A DNA stretch of 64,000 nt from Selaginella moellendorffii. Lineage: Eukaryota > Plantae > Lycopodiophyta. The position numbers and the translations under genes are program-made. The DNA lies in the NCBI RefSeq assembly GCF_000143415.4, contig NW_003314326.1, positions 496,001 to 560,000 on the forward strand, read 5' to 3'. The notes below the pieces were generated by a model, which saw only the letters and a list, made by a program, of their open reading frames with translations, ran no database searches and was not told where the DNA came from. This document shows, piece after piece, positions 63,926 through 64,000 of the stretch; the stretch's first letter is position 1; every line of letters begins with the position of its first letter.

Positions 63926-64000
63926 ATGGCGTCTCCTCCTCACTTCGTTGTAATTCCACTGCCCGTCTATGGCCACATCTTCCCGATGCTCCATCTCTCC
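63926..64000 (+). CDS. UDP-glycosyltransferase (family 1) N-terminus, runs off window
   Basis: MASPPHFVVIPLPVYGHIFPMLHLS matches the UGT N-terminal H..P.P..GH..P motif. Confidence 0.8.
   Translation, partial: MASPPHFVVIPLPVYGHIFPMLHLS

Overview
Compact plant genomic DNA. Short ~50-90 bp introns, PLS-type PPR style and gene density suggest a lycophyte such as Selaginella (inference). 1-29 kb is mostly nested LTR retroelement debris around a small defence-gene block: a frameshifted germin-like gene, a FAN1 fragment and an intact 'loopless' GH19 chitinase. It also holds a very young non-autonomous 7.3-kb LTR element inserted into a Cassandra-like solo LTR that carries 5S rRNA A/C boxes. 29-36.5 kb is a run of gene fragments: LysM-receptor N-terminus, PHD finger, a fold-back copia gag and a decayed ARF duplicate with one exon inverted. 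37-54.5 kb is gene-dense: class A ARF, LPEAT2-like acyltransferase, PPR, organellar RPL12, MTP1-like Zn transporter, a 2H-phosphoesterase-like membrane protein and kinesin-4. 54.5-63.3 kb contains TRIMs and a decayed Ty3/gypsy, and a UGT begins at the right edge. All calls were read by eye; TE boundaries are approximate unless TSDs are quoted.
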